Source of the DNA: Escherichia phage SUSP2
Strand: one strand, 5' to 3'
Sequence record: KT454806
Length of the DNA stretch: 64,000 bases
Shown here: positions 10,650-24,469 of the stretch, piece by piece
Layout of the letters: the number at the start of each line of letters is the position of its first letter
Numbering within the stretch: the stretch's first letter is position 1
Program-made: the position numbers and the translations under genes
The notes under the pieces: generated by a model
Database searches by the model: none
What the model saw: only the letters and a program-made list of their open reading frames with translations
Told to the model about the DNA's origin: nothing

Positions 10650-11060
10650 ATGAAGACAGAATCTAAAATTATTAATGGTAAGAAAGTGAATATTGTCCTG
10701 CTAGGTGCAAGAGATGGTATTAAAATGTCGATGAAACTCGGTAAAGTTGTTGTACCGACAATTGCTCAGATGTTTTCAAGTTTATCTGGGAAAGAGCAGA
10801 AAGAAGGTGAAGAAAGTGTAACAGCAGTACCTTTTAAAGAATTAGTTGAAGCTTGCTTTGACCGTATTGATGAACTCGATATTGACTCAATGGCTGCTCT
10901 GCTATTCCAAGGTGCAACTGTAGATGACTTCCCTCTAAACGTAGATAAATACTTCCAAGCAAACTACGGTGAATTTATTGACTTCTTGGCATTTGCTCTG
11001 GAGGCTAATTTCGGAAGTTTTTTCGAAGCAAGCATTTTCAAAAGCCTAACTTCTCAGTAA
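10650..11060 (+). CDS. Tail assembly chaperone (G-like)
   Basis: 136-aa acidic ORF immediately upstream of tape measure; contains slippery heptamer T_TTT_TTC near its 3' end. Confidence 0.6.
   Translation: MKTESKIINGKKVNIVLLGARDGIKMSMKLGKVVVPTIAQMFSSLSGKEQKEGEESVTAVPFKELVEACFDRIDELDIDSMAALLFQGATVDDFPLNVDKYFQANYGEFIDFLAFALEANFGSFFEASIFKSLTSQ
11018..11024 (+). other. -1 programmed ribosomal frameshift slippery site (TTTTTTC)
   Basis: XXXYYYZ heptamer in the zero frame of the chaperone ORF (codons aGT TTT TTC); the -1 frame is open from here through 11302. Confidence 0.55.
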
Positions 11061-11302
11061 GCATGAGTAGTGCTATGCAGACCCCATTGACTGATGGGGC
11101 TGTAGAAGCAACTTATGAAGAAGCAGATGAGATGAAATTTGTGCTTGCTATTTACGGTATGGAAGGGTGTAAAGAAACACTCGACCAACTCTTCTCAATG
11201 ACTTTCTCCGATTTATTATCTCTGCGACAATATTTAGAAATCCAGAGGTCATACAAAGAAGAAATTGCTTATAACGAACTTAGAAGGGCAGGTAAAATTT
11301 AA
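11024..11302 (+). CDS. -1 frameshift extension of tail assembly chaperone (G-T-like fusion product)
   Basis: -1 frame open from slippery site to stop at 11300-11302, ending exactly at the tape-measure start; conserved tailed-phage arrangement. Confidence 0.5.
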   Translation, partial: RSKHFQKPNFSVSMSSAMQTPLTDGAVEATYEEADEMKFVLAIYGMEGCKETLDQLFSMTFSDLLSLRQYLEIQRSYKEEIAYNELRRAGKI

Positions 11303-13541
11303 TGGCACAATATACAGTTGATAGCTTTATTGTGGAGTTGGGTTTCAGTGAAAAGGTTGTTAAAGGTTTGCAGAGAGTTGAAAGGATGGCTATGCAGTCT
11401 GCTCAACGAATCGAACGTAATATTAACAAAGCCTTTGACGTGAAACCTAATAAGTCTTCACAGGAAGCATTAAACAGAATTGTAAAAAACGCTCAGACTG
11501 CTTCGGGCAGAATCAATAAAGCACTCAACAACTCCCTTAACCTTGATTCACAAGGTGTTAAATCTCTTAAAAGACTGGAAACTCAAGGTAGAAAAACTGC
11601 CAAGGAAATTAACAAGGCTTTAAGAGACGCTATGAAAGTTGATGGAAAAGTCACTGTTCGTGGTGGTAGAAAAGGTGGTACTGGTTTCCCTCCTACTGGT
11701 GGAAGTGGTAACCCAAGACCTCCAAGACCTGATATTGCTCAGAGACAGATGGAAAGAATGTTTAACAACAACTTCTACTCTGGTCTGACACGTCGCCTTG
11801 AAACTATTGGTGGACAAGGTAACCAAATGGCAGCTTCCTTCAGAGGAAACCTGCAAGGTCTTTATAACAAATATAAGGGAACTGGTAAAGTCGGTGAATA
11901 TGAGATGGAAGTCAAAAAGCTCATTGACGTTACCAAGCGTTGGGTTATTGCAGAAAATGCTAGACTCAAGTCAGTCAGAGAATCAGCTTGGCTTCAGGAA
12001 AGAGCTAACTCATCTCTACGTCAGATGATTGGTGGTTTTGTTTCAGCTTATGCAGCCTTGGAACTGGCTCAGAAGACGATTGATGCAGGTGTTAAAAGAC
12101 AGTCTGCACAGTTAGCCTCAACAGCTATCTTTGGAGCAGATACACAGCAAGCTAGAATGTTCGCTGCATCGTTTGCTCATCAGATTGGACAGAACTACAC
12201 AGACACCATGAAGCAATACTCAAACTTTGCTGCTGGTGCTCAACCTGCTCTTGGATTCCAAGGGACTCAGGAGTTCTATAAGAATGCTGCGATGTTCTCC
12301 CGTATCAGGGGTGCAACAGACGAAGACCTGAAAGGTATCATGGTTGCTTTCCAACAGATGGCTTCTAAGGGTAAGATTCAGGCTGAAGAACTTCGTGGTC
12401 AGTTAGGTGACCGTTTGGCAGGTGCTGTACAGTTATTTGCTGATGCTATCGGTAAGACACCACAAGAACTTGATAAGATGATGAAGGACGGTAAACTCCT
12501 TGCTGAAGATGTACTTCCAAAGGTATCTGAAAAGATGGCTGAGTTGGTACAGGCAGCAGGTGGTATGAATGCCGTATCTAAGCAGACAGCTACCTCAATG
12601 GGTCAAGCGAAGTCTATGTGGGATAACATGTTAGTTGCATTGTTTAATAACTCTAGCGACGGTATTTCACAGCTTTCACAATCCATTGCAATGTTCTTAC
12701 AAGGTTCTATGGGTACTGCTGAAGCACTTGGCACAGTGATTGGTTACCTGTTAAAAGGTGCTGGTAACTTACTTGACTTCGTAACAGATATCATGTACAG
12801 AACATCTTCACTATATTACTCTGCAATGGCATGGTACAAGGATTTGGATGCAAGTCAACAGAAACTTATCAAGGATTCTGCTGAACTGGTCTCAACCTTT
12901 GCTATGATTGGTGCTGCAATTGCTGCCATTAATAAGGTTGCAAAAATCTTCGGTGGTACTGTAGCGTTCGTTAAGAGTATCTTTGAAGAAGGTATCTTTG
13001 CAAAAATCATGCAGAAGTTTGGTTTAGGTGGTGCAGCAGCCGCATCTGAAGCAGCAGGTGTTGCAGGAGTATCGGCAACCAGAATGGCTCTGGGTACAGT
13101 TGGTTCATCATTGATGTTATCTGGCTCTACAGACAGAAAGAATAATGGTAGATTTAGTGAAGTAAACCTTCCAAAACCTTTCGAAGATGCCGTATCAAGC
13201 ATTACTAACCCAAAACGTCCAATGTTCTTTGACCAGAATGGACAGCTACAGTTTGCACAATATTCTGTAGATGCTCAAGGTAATCGTAGCTTTGTTGATA
13301 ATGGAATGTCCAATTGGGATATTATCATGAACAACTTGTCAGAGTCTTTAAATAACTTTGCAACTAAGTTCAACCAAACCCCAATGATGATGACACCTTC
13401 TGGTTTCCCTATGCAGACTAGACAGACTCTGAATGTTTCATTCAATCTGGATGGTAAGCAGATTGCTACTAAGACGGTTGATATCATGGACAAGAACCAA
13501 GAAGATATCCTTCTTAACTCAAGTTACCCAGAGGAAGAATA

Positions 13542-13542
<1 letters not shown>
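11302..13542 (+). CDS. Tail tape measure protein
   Basis: 746-aa ORF, alpha-helical N-terminal part, Gly/Ala-rich hydrophobic segment, downstream of chaperone frameshift pair. Confidence 0.75.
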
Positions 13543-16279
<2,737 letters not shown>

Positions 16280-16280
<1 letters not shown>

Positions 16281-16699
16281 TGAAGACAGATTTTGCATTG
16301 AATCTTGGTGGAAGCTACGTAGCTAATTTAGGGTCTGATACCGTCTACGTAGAACACGGAGATTTAAAAATTACTGGTAACCAGATTAGAATTATTCCAG
16401 AAGATGATAAGGCTGGTCGGGTTGCACAAAGATTACATATCAGATGCCTATTAAGGGCTGGAGAAGTGTTCTTTAACACATCTGCTGGATTCCCTTATTT
16501 GCAACTGGCTAAATTCAAACAGAGAACAGCTATCTTTGATAACTACATGAAAGCTTACCTTGTTGAGACAAGAGATGTGACGAATATCTATAACTACTCT
16601 TCAACAATGGATAATGCACTGAGAAAAGTAACTGTTAATTTCGATGCGACAACATCTACTGATATCGTAACAGATATTACACAAGAGGTGAATATTTAA
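16280..16699 (+). CDS. Baseplate wedge protein (gpW/gp25-like)
   Basis: 139-aa ORF in conserved order before J-like gene. Confidence 0.4.
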
Positions 16700-18168
16700 T
16701 GGCTGGATTAACCGCAACAGGATTACAAACATTGAGATATCAAGAAATCTTTGATAACATCAAAGCAAGACTTTTAAGAGATATCTCCCCAAACCTTGAC
16801 GTATCTGAAGACAGCCAACTAGGTCTGTTCTTAGCATCAGTAGCAAGAGCCTTAGCAGATACCCATGAAGTACTGTCTGAGATTTATGATGGTAACACCA
16901 TTGATAAAGCTGAGGGATTCAACCTAGATGATATCACAGCCTTAAACGCAATCTACAGATATGTTGCTCAGGCTACAAGAGGACAGGCTGAATTTACTGG
17001 TACAACTGGTGCTTCAATCCCTTCAACAACAAGACTGAGAAGTACTGCTGGTAATATTTTCTATCCAGTTTCTACATTCACCTTGACACCATCTTATTGT
17101 GTTGAAGCAGTTTTAGAAGTTAACTCTTTACGTACTGATGCAAACTATGTTATTATTATTGATAACGTTGTTTTCTCTTATCAGCCAACTTCTTCAGACA
17201 CTATTACAACTCTGCTAAACGAACTTGCAGACGCTATTAATGGTGGTATTGTTGCTAAAGCTGAAGTTATTAATGATGGTTCATCTCTAAGAATCTACAA
17301 AGATGAAGGAGATATCATTGCCAGAACAAACCCTATGGTTGTTACTGCAACTACCTTCCTAAGCTTTACGAAGATTACTACAATTCACGATGTGGTTGCT
17401 GAACAGGTTGGTGCTATTCCAGCTTTGGCAGGAACACTGATTGAAATTGAAACAACTGTAGATGGTCTTGATAGTGTATTTAACAGATACGACTTGACAA
17501 CAGGACGTGATGAAGAAACTGATACAGAACTTCGTCAACGTTATCTAGAGTCTTTAACCGTTACTGGTGTAGGTACTTTAGACGCTATCGTTGCTGCTGT
17601 CAAGAGAGTTCAGGGTGTTTCAGATGCTTCAGGTGTTGAGAACGACACTGAGACAACAACTTCTGATGGTATTCCTCCGAAATCTTTCAAGATTGTCGTT
17701 GTAGGTGGTCAGAATGATAACGTTGCTCAAGCTATTTGGGATACTAAACCTGCTGGTATCAGGGCTTATGGTTCCATCTTTGGTACTGCATACGACCTTG
17801 GAGGTTTGGCTCATAACGTTTACTTCAGCAGACCAACACCTAAGTATGTCTTTGTTAAGGTAACTTACGAGTTGTATGATGAAGAAAGTTTGACAATTCC
17901 TGAAGAAGATATCCATGACAGTATTGTACAGGGTATTAACGATTATGGTAGAACTCTGAAAGTTGGTAATGACGTGATTCCTAACAGAATCTATGGATAC
18001 ATCTATGATGTTATTCAGGGTATTGAAATCAACGAGATTAAAGTTGCCCTTTCAAATAACCAAGCAGTTCCACCAACAGACGACCAGTACACTACTTCAA
18101 GAATCACAGTTGATGGTGACCAGTATACGGTATGGGAAAGCAGCCAGTACACTATCACTAAGGAGTAA
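16699..18168 (+). CDS. Baseplate J-like protein
   Basis: 489-aa ORF in conserved order. Confidence 0.45.
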   Translation: MAGLTATGLQTLRYQEIFDNIKARLLRDISPNLDVSEDSQLGLFLASVARALADTHEVLSEIYDGNTIDKAEGFNLDDITALNAIYRYVAQATRGQAEFTGTTGASIPSTTRLRSTAGNIFYPVSTFTLTPSYCVEAVLEVNSLRTDANYVIIIDNVVFSYQPTSSDTITTLLNELADAINGGIVAKAEVINDGSSLRIYKDEGDIIARTNPMVVTATTFLSFTKITTIHDVVAEQVGAIPALAGTLIEIETTVDGLDSVFNRYDLTTGRDEETDTELRQRYLESLTVTGVGTLDAIVAAVKRVQGVSDASGVENDTETTTSDGIPPKSFKIVVVGGQNDNVAQAIWDTKPAGIRAYGSIFGTAYDLGGLAHNVYFSRPTPKYVFVKVTYELYDEESLTIPEEDIHDSIVQGINDYGRTLKVGNDVIPNRIYGYIYDVIQGIEINEIKVALSNNQAVPPTDDQYTTSRITVDGDQYTVWESSQYTITKE

Positions 18169-18170
18169 CA

Positions 18171-19028
18171 ATGTTTGAAAAGATTGAAGACGTCTATTAC
18201 AAAACATTGGATGAAAGAACTGTAACTCAATTCAAAGAAAAGTTTATTTACACTAGTCTATTGAAATCTATTACAGATGAGTTACAATTGTTAGAGGATA
18301 TTACTTGGCAGATGCACACAGAACGTAATATCCGTACAGCTATCGGTCAGCAATTAGACAACATCGGGGCTTTGATTAAAGTCCCTAGACCTCTTGGTGC
18401 TGATGACGATTCATATCGTGCAATGCTGTATATCCAAATTTTCCTAAGACGTTCTGACACAACTCCAGCGTTTCTTCAAAATGCCGTAATGACACTTTAC
18501 AACGCTACCTTTTCACAGGTGTTTGAGCATATCACGCCTATGACGGCTGGTATTGTTATCCGTGTTAATACGAGAAATAGCGTTCTAGATACAGCATACA
18601 CACTTTCAAAGATTGCTGCAACAACAATTGGTTCAGCAGTCATCTTAAGAGATGTAACTTTGAATGGTACTGCTTGGACACCTGTAGAAGTTGCTGACTC
18701 AGCTTTAGCCATCGTTGACGACAAAGACAACTGGTTTGTAACAGATAATAACAGAGGTCTTGTAACGAATAACACAGGTGGTTCTCTTGAGGCTAACTTG
18801 TTGGGTAGTTTAGCAGATGCAGGTGTAAGAGACGGATATTTCAGAATTGATAGAACTGCTGGAAGCACTTCAAAAGATTATATGAATGTGAGCAGAACGA
18901 ATAACAGTAACGACAACTTTATTGTCGGTAAAGAAACGGTTGCAGGTGGTGAATATGGTGTAATGGCTGAAGTTGCACAAATCATCAAAGGCAGAAAAGA
19001 TAAATCTCAACAGGAAGGAAGTTCATAA
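18171..19028 (+). CDS. Baseplate protein (gpI-like)
   Basis: 285-aa ORF following J-like gene. Confidence 0.4.
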   Translation: MFEKIEDVYYKTLDERTVTQFKEKFIYTSLLKSITDELQLLEDITWQMHTERNIRTAIGQQLDNIGALIKVPRPLGADDDSYRAMLYIQIFLRRSDTTPAFLQNAVMTLYNATFSQVFEHITPMTAGIVIRVNTRNSVLDTAYTLSKIAATTIGSAVILRDVTLNGTAWTPVEVADSALAIVDDKDNWFVTDNNRGLVTNNTGGSLEANLLGSLADAGVRDGYFRIDRTAGSTSKDYMNVSRTNNSNDNFIVGKETVAGGEYGVMAEVAQIIKGRKDKSQQEGSS

Positions 19029-19342
19029 TGGCAGATGCAGTAAGATGGGCTACAGATGATGTAGACGCTGATGGTAACCAGTTAAAAGTGTTACCACCTC
19101 CTGAGATTCAGGCAACAGGGTTACTTCGTGGCGAACCAATGGGTCGTCAGTGGTATAACTATATTTTAAACTATTTGCTGGAAAGAGCAAATGGGACAAC
19201 AGCTATTGTTGGTGAAGTCAGAAGCTTTGCTACCGAGCAACCTGATTTAGTATCGGCTGGATGGAACCTTATTAATACCGTGACAGGTACTGCTCCAACA
19301 AGCACAACTAATCAGTACACTTATGAATTTATTGGAGGCTAA
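19028..19342 (+). CDS. Hypothetical tail fiber-associated protein
   Basis: Coupled 104-aa ORF upstream of fiber genes. Confidence 0.35.
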   Translation: MADAVRWATDDVDADGNQLKVLPPPEIQATGLLRGEPMGRQWYNYILNYLLERANGTTAIVGEVRSFATEQPDLVSAGWNLINTVTGTAPTSTTNQYTYEFIGG

Positions 19343-19344
19343 TA

Positions 19345-20493
19345 ATGGCAGTAGGTGAAATTCAAATTAGTGCCTTGCCTCAAGCGTCGTTACCAATTGA
19401 GTTAAGTGATATCTTCCACCTTAAACAAGGTATTGAGGATAAGAGATGTACACTTGAGCAATTACTTGACCCCCACGCATCCCTGAGAAATAACCCTCAC
19501 GGTGTCACAAAGGTTCAGGTTGAATTGGGTAACGTATTAAACGCTTTACAGCTTGTCGCTGCAAATAACTTATCAGATATTGTTGACGTAGCCGAAGCAA
19601 GAGCAAACTTGCAGATTATGTCTTCTGATGAAGTTAATCAACTTATTCAGGCTCACATCAATGATAAGAACAACCCTCACAACACAACTAAATCACAAGT
19701 TGGTTTGGGTAATGTTCAGAACTGGTTAGCCTCTAACGCATATAACGAAGATGCTGATAAGTATGCTACAGCAAGAGCTGTTAATAGTCTATACAGGGCT
19801 GTTCAGGCTTCATATCCAGTTGGTACTATCCACTTGTCTATGAATGCTGCTAACCCATCTACTTACCTGATTTGTGGAGGTACTTGGGAGCTAGTTTCAA
19901 GAGGTAGAGCACTTGTGGGTTATGATAGTGCTTCCAGACCAGCAGGTTCGACGTTTGGTTCACAGACTGCTGCACTGACTGCTAATAACATCCCTGCTCA
20001 CACTCACTCAGTGTACGTTACAGGTGGTGGTCACACTCACGGTGCAACTGTCTCTATTAATGCTTTTGACTATGGTACGAAGGGAACTACAACGTTTGAC
20101 TATGGAACCAAAACAGTAAGTACATTTAACTACGGCAACAAGACAACAAGTTCTGCTGGCTTCACACAGACCACACTTATCAATCGTGGGTATGATAATG
20201 GTAGCTTACCGGGACTATCAGTTGTAGGTGCAGATTATGACCCAAGAGCAACACTGACAACGGCTAATAACCATACTCACTCTGTAGCAATCGGTGCGCA
20301 TAACCACACAGTTGCAATTGGTGCTCACAGCCATTCTGTAGCGATTGGTTCTCACAACCACTCAGCAACAGCAACAGTAACTGGAGCAGGTGAGCACTCC
20401 CACTCTGGTACAACTGGTTCAACTGGTTCTGGTCAAGCGTTCAATATTGAACAGCCATCATTCGTACTTTATGTATGGCAAAGAACTGCTTAA
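19345..20493 (+). CDS. Tail fiber protein (short paralog) with C-terminal HxH repeat domain
   Basis: C-terminal HTHSV/GAHNHTV/GAHSHSV/GSHNHSA repeats and conserved WQRTA end, as in T4 gp37-type fiber tips. Confidence 0.6.
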   Translation: MAVGEIQISALPQASLPIELSDIFHLKQGIEDKRCTLEQLLDPHASLRNNPHGVTKVQVELGNVLNALQLVAANNLSDIVDVAEARANLQIMSSDEVNQLIQAHINDKNNPHNTTKSQVGLGNVQNWLASNAYNEDADKYATARAVNSLYRAVQASYPVGTIHLSMNAANPSTYLICGGTWELVSRGRALVGYDSASRPAGSTFGSQTAALTANNIPAHTHSVYVTGGGHTHGATVSINAFDYGTKGTTTFDYGTKTVSTFNYGNKTTSSAGFTQTTLINRGYDNGSLPGLSVVGADYDPRATLTTANNHTHSVAIGAHNHTVAIGAHSHSVAIGSHNHSATATVTGAGEHSHSGTTGSTGSGQAFNIEQPSFVLYVWQRTA

Positions 20494-20500
20494 TTATTAC

Positions 20501-20522
20501 AGGGGCTTTTTAGCCCCTTTTA
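20501..20522 (+). terminator. Rho-independent terminator between the two fiber genes
   Basis: AGGGGCT-TTTT-AGCCCCT hairpin followed by TTTT. Confidence 0.6.
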
Positions 20523-20535
20523 AGAGGATTGTATA

Positions 20536-22884
20536 ATGGCAGAATTTAAATTGAGTGAACTAAACTCGATTAACGAAATTCGTTCTGATGACCTATTGCA
20601 TGTCAGAGTTAAGAAAAGAACTGAGATGTTAGGTGATGAAGACCGTAGAATGACTTATGCAGATTTTCTTGCATCATTTAGACTGGAAAGATTTCTGCAA
20701 TTAGTTGGTGGAACCATGACAGGTAATTTAGGGATTGTGAAGCTTACCTATGGAGGAAAAGATTTACTTGACCCAACAGGTAGCTCTGAAATTGTCTTCG
20801 GTGATACTGCAAAAACTTTCAAGCTTAATGCAAATGGTCTTAAACTGACTATTGCAGATGCTTCAAGAAGTGCAACTGTTTACCACACTCTGAACAAACC
20901 ATCCCCTAATGAACTTGGGATGAGAACTAATGATGAGAACGATGCAAGATTTGCTATCAAGGGAACTCAAAATACCTTCACAGCAAGTCAGATTTTCCAG
21001 ACAGATAATGCTGGTTTGACTCTGAAGAACACTGCTGCGGCTGCATTGTATTATGAAGGTCGTGATACAGCAAACGTTGTAAGATTCACAATTGGTAACC
21101 TGAGTTCTGGTTCTGACGTTACTATTGCAAACACCAGACAGAATACTAACATTGTTCTTGGCACTGGTTCTGTAGGTATTAACAAGCAGCTTCAAGTAAC
21201 TGGACAGGTTGTTCCTTCAGACTTTGCAAACTTTGATGCAAGATTCTATACTCGTGATGCAGCAGACCAAAGATTTGTTCAGTTGGCAGCAGCTAACACG
21301 ATTACTGGAAACAACACCTTCAGAGGGACTACAACGTTACTTGGTGACGGTGCAAGATTAACTCTGAAGAACTTGACAAGTGGTAAAGCACTTTACATTG
21401 AAGGTCAGAACACAGATGCTTCTATGAAGTGGGCTGTAGGTAACTATGCAGATGGTAGCAACTCAGTTGTATTGACAAACATCTCAAATGATACCTATGT
21501 ATTGCTTGATAACATGGTCAGAGTTAACAAGAGTCTTGCAATCACTGGACAGGTTCAACCATCAGACTGGACTAACATTGACTCCCGTTATGTTCTTATC
21601 GGTTCATACGCAAATCTTGCTAAGAAGAATGAAGCTAACACATTCACCCTACAGCAGAATATTCAGTCTGATGGTGAAGCACTTAGAGTCTATAGTAAGG
21701 CTCAGAACAATGCTTCCTACATTGTTGGTAAGAACACTGATAACACTAATAAGTGGTATATTGGTTGTGGTACAAACGGTTCTGGTATTGCATCTTTCCA
21801 TAACTACTTAACTGGTGCAAGAATTGATTTGTCTGATGAAGTTCTTCTGTCAAAATCTTTACAGATTACTGGACAGGTAAAACCTTCTGATTGGGGTAAC
21901 TTGGATGCAAGATACTTCACACAGACAGCAGCTAACTCTAGATTTATGCTTGCTGGCTCATCAGGCAATGCCACTGAACAGAATGGTGGAGATGGCGTAG
22001 CGTGGAATGCCAAGACAGGTTTGTACAATGTTACATTTTCAACTGGTGGCTCAACACAACTGGTCTACCATATGTATCAGGGTGCATCATCAACACCGTC
22101 TGCTCAGTTGAAATTCAACTATAAAAATGGTGGGATGTGGTACAGGTCGGCTAGGGATAGCTATGGTTTTGAAGCTGCTTGGTCTAAAGTGTATACAGAA
22201 GCACAGAAACCAACACCTTCTGAAATCGGTGCATATACTAAAGCAGAAACTGACCAGAAAATTGCTGCTGCTGTTACTAATTCCACTGACCTTAAGAAAG
22301 TCTATCCAGTTGGGATTGTAACATGGTTTGCTACTAACCAGAATCCTAACACAACTCTTGCAGGTATGACTTGGACGTATCTGAATGAGGGTGTAGGTAG
22401 AACAGTTAGAATCGGTGCAGCGAATGGTTCAGATGTGAAGTCAGTTGGTGGTGCAGACACTGTGACATTATCTGTAGGGCATATCCCTTCGCACACTCAC
22501 AGCTTCTCCGCTACAACGTCAAGCTTTGACTATGGTACGAAGACCTCTAACACTACTGGTGCTCACACTCACTCTGTAAGTGGTTCTGCTGCTTCTGCTG
22601 GTAACCACAACCACTCTATCTCGTGGATTGGTCAGAACTCTACACACTACTCTGGTGGTGGTGGTGGTAAGGTTGGTGTAGGGCCGGGGTACACTGATGC
22701 AGGTGGTGCTCACACCCACACAATCTCTGGTACTGCTGCTTCTGCTGGTAACCATGCTCACACAGTTGGTATTGGTGCTCACACCCACACAGTTAGTGGT
22801 AACACTGGTGGTACAGGTTCTGGTTCAGCATTCAGTGTTGTGAACTTGTTTATCAGATTGATGGCATGGGTTAGAACGGCGTAA
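20536..22884 (+). CDS. Tail fiber protein (long paralog)
   Basis: 782-aa ORF; three internal repeats with ITGQV-PSD-W/F-N-D-R-Y/F core; same HxH C-terminal domain ending WVRTA. Confidence 0.65.
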   Translation: MAEFKLSELNSINEIRSDDLLHVRVKKRTEMLGDEDRRMTYADFLASFRLERFLQLVGGTMTGNLGIVKLTYGGKDLLDPTGSSEIVFGDTAKTFKLNANGLKLTIADASRSATVYHTLNKPSPNELGMRTNDENDARFAIKGTQNTFTASQIFQTDNAGLTLKNTAAAALYYEGRDTANVVRFTIGNLSSGSDVTIANTRQNTNIVLGTGSVGINKQLQVTGQVVPSDFANFDARFYTRDAADQRFVQLAAANTITGNNTFRGTTTLLGDGARLTLKNLTSGKALYIEGQNTDASMKWAVGNYADGSNSVVLTNISNDTYVLLDNMVRVNKSLAITGQVQPSDWTNIDSRYVLIGSYANLAKKNEANTFTLQQNIQSDGEALRVYSKAQNNASYIVGKNTDNTNKWYIGCGTNGSGIASFHNYLTGARIDLSDEVLLSKSLQITGQVKPSDWGNLDARYFTQTAANSRFMLAGSSGNATEQNGGDGVAWNAKTGLYNVTFSTGGSTQLVYHMYQGASSTPSAQLKFNYKNGGMWYRSARDSYGFEAAWSKVYTEAQKPTPSEIGAYTKAETDQKIAAAVTNSTDLKKVYPVGIVTWFATNQNPNTTLAGMTWTYLNEGVGRTVRIGAANGSDVKSVGGADTVTLSVGHIPSHTHSFSATTSSFDYGTKTSNTTGAHTHSVSGSAASAGNHNHSISWIGQNSTHYSGGGGGKVGVGPGYTDAGGAHTHTISGTAASAGNHAHTVGIGAHTHTVSGNTGGTGSGSAFSVVNLFIRLMAWVRTA

Positions 22885-22892
22885 TCAATTTG

Positions 22893-22921
22893 TTGACTAA
22901 ATGTTAAGATGGTGTTAATAT
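22893..22921 (+). promoter_or_regulatory. Sigma70-like promoter (TTGACT-N17-TAATAT) overlapped by a 9-bp inverted repeat
   Basis: -35 at 22893-22898, -10 at 22916-22921; inverted repeat AAGATGGTG (22906-22914) / CACCATCTT (22937-22945). Confidence 0.45.
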
Positions 22922-22963
22922 TTTCATAGGTATTCTCACCATCTTGGCTGATGAGGTGACATA

Positions 22964-23161
22964 ATGCCGACTATCCTAGCAATCCTCTTAAAAAACTTGG
23001 GTAGCTTCCTCTGGAAACTTCTACTTTCCCTTCTGAGTGAATACATGATTGAGAAAGCCTTCTTCAGACTTGCAAGATACCTTGCGAGTAAGACAGATAC
23101 GCCTATTGATGATGAATTTGTTAATAACTTGGAAAAAGCCTTTAAAGGGGAGAAAGAATGA
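22964..23161 (+). CDS. Small membrane protein (holin-like or lysis/superinfection regulator candidate)
   Basis: 65 aa, N-terminal hydrophobic helix, charged C-terminus; GAGGTGA RBS. Confidence 0.4.
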   Translation: MPTILAILLKNLGSFLWKLLLSLLSEYMIEKAFFRLARYLASKTDTPIDDEFVNNLEKAFKGEKE

Positions 23162-23532
23162 AGTGGTTAGAGGATGCTTTCAAAAATAACATTGGTGCAA
23201 TTGTTGTGGGTATCTTCAGTGTAATTGGTATGTACACTACAATGCAGGTGTCTAGTGGGAAGCAGGAAGTTTCCGTTTCGACAAAGTTACAACAGCTAGA
23301 TAGTTACAACAAAAGCAACTATTCAGCTATTCGTGATTTACAGTCTGACATGAAACTCCTGCAATTAGGTATGGAGAACCAGAAGGTTCAGCTAGAGAAC
23401 GTAAAGGGTGAAAACGCCAAGTTGACTAAAACCCTTGATAAATTCTCTGACAGTGTTAACAACCTAGCACAGTCTGTATCAGCTTTGCAAGCAATCACTG
23501 AACAGAATACTCAAAATGCTAAGAAAAAATAA
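23158..23532 (+). CDS. Membrane-anchored coiled-coil protein
   Basis: 124 aa, N-terminal TM segment then coiled-coil; start overlaps upstream stop. Confidence 0.4.
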   Translation: MKWLEDAFKNNIGAIVVGIFSVIGMYTTMQVSSGKQEVSVSTKLQQLDSYNKSNYSAIRDLQSDMKLLQLGMENQKVQLENVKGENAKLTKTLDKFSDSVNNLAQSVSALQAITEQNTQNAKKK

Positions 23533-23538
23533 GTTTAA

Positions 23539-23565
23539 GGCTCCCGTAAAAAGGAGCCTTTTTTG
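23539..23565. terminator. Terminator hairpin between convergent transcription units
   Basis: GGCTCC-CGTAAAAA-GGAGCC followed by TTTTTT on + strand; sits between + gene ending 23532 and - gene ending 23572. Confidence 0.6.
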
Positions 23566-23571
23566 TATCTA

Positions 23572-24468
23572 TCAACCTACTGACAAGGGAGCTTCAATCT
23601 TCCCTGCATGTCGATAGTCTTTGAAACCACCGATAAAGTTACTTGCAGTCATATGTTTGAGGTCATCCAGACATTTTAAATCTTGAACAATCTCAAACTT
23701 CGGTGCAGGAAACTCTTCATTCCCTAAAAGCTGGAATACCTGATTCATATGGTTCTGATAAATCTGAGTATCACCAAAAGTACCAATCAGATAACGAGGT
23801 GTATATCCAGTCATCTTACAAAGCACTTCCAAGATAAAACCATAAGACGCAATGTTAAATGGTAAACCTAAGAAGCTGTCTACAGAACGTTGATACCATT
23901 TTAAATCCACTTCACCAGTATTCGAGATGTAAATCTGGAAAAGTACATGACAAGGTGGTAAAGCCATTGCATTAGCTGAGATATCAGCAGCATTCCAAGC
24001 ATTAACCAGCATGTAACGGTCTGTAGGAGACTTTTTCATCTTGGTAATCAGATTGTCTAGCTGGTCAACTGTAACGCCACCATGACCTTCTGAGGCTCTC
24101 CACTGGACACCATAGATACGTCCACCTGCATCATCCAACCAATCTTGCTCACTTGCATACGTTGTTTTAAGCCAACGTTCAAAGTCATTTGTCCAGATTG
24201 TCCAACGTTCCCCATCGTTTTCTCCCCAAGTACGATAGCGAAGATGACCAAGTTTATTCTCACCATTCAAGAACCATAAAGCTTCACCAATAACTTGTCT
24301 GGTCAGAACCTGTTTAGAGGTTAGTAAAGGAAAACCAGTACGCATATCAAAACGAAACTCTGGTGGTGAGAACGTTGAAATTACAGAACCAGTTCGGGTT
24401 TTACGCTGCTCACCAACTGTTAAAACATGGTTCAGAATATTTTTGTAACTTACATCTGCCTGTGACAT
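23572..24468 (-). CDS. thyA: Thymidylate synthase (ThyA type)
   Basis: Catalytic LPPCH motif, YQRSVD and PFNIASY motifs. Confidence 0.9.
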   Translation of the reverse strand: MSQADVSYKNILNHVLTVGEQRKTRTGSVISTFSPPEFRFDMRTGFPLLTSKQVLTRQVIGEALWFLNGENKLGHLRYRTWGENDGERWTIWTNDFERWLKTTYASEQDWLDDAGGRIYGVQWRASEGHGGVTVDQLDNLITKMKKSPTDRYMLVNAWNAADISANAMALPPCHVLFQIYISNTGEVDLKWYQRSVDSFLGLPFNIASYGFILEVLCKMTGYTPRYLIGTFGDTQIYQNHMNQVFQLLGNEEFPAPKFEIVQDLKCLDDLKHMTASNFIGGFKDYRHAGKIEAPLSVG

Positions 24469-24469
24469 A

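Noticed and set aside
19345-22884. Diversity-generating retroelement targeting the tail fiber C-termini
   Set aside because: No reverse transcriptase gene in the window, and the two fiber C-terminal regions are diverged paralogs rather than a near-identical template/variable repeat pair.
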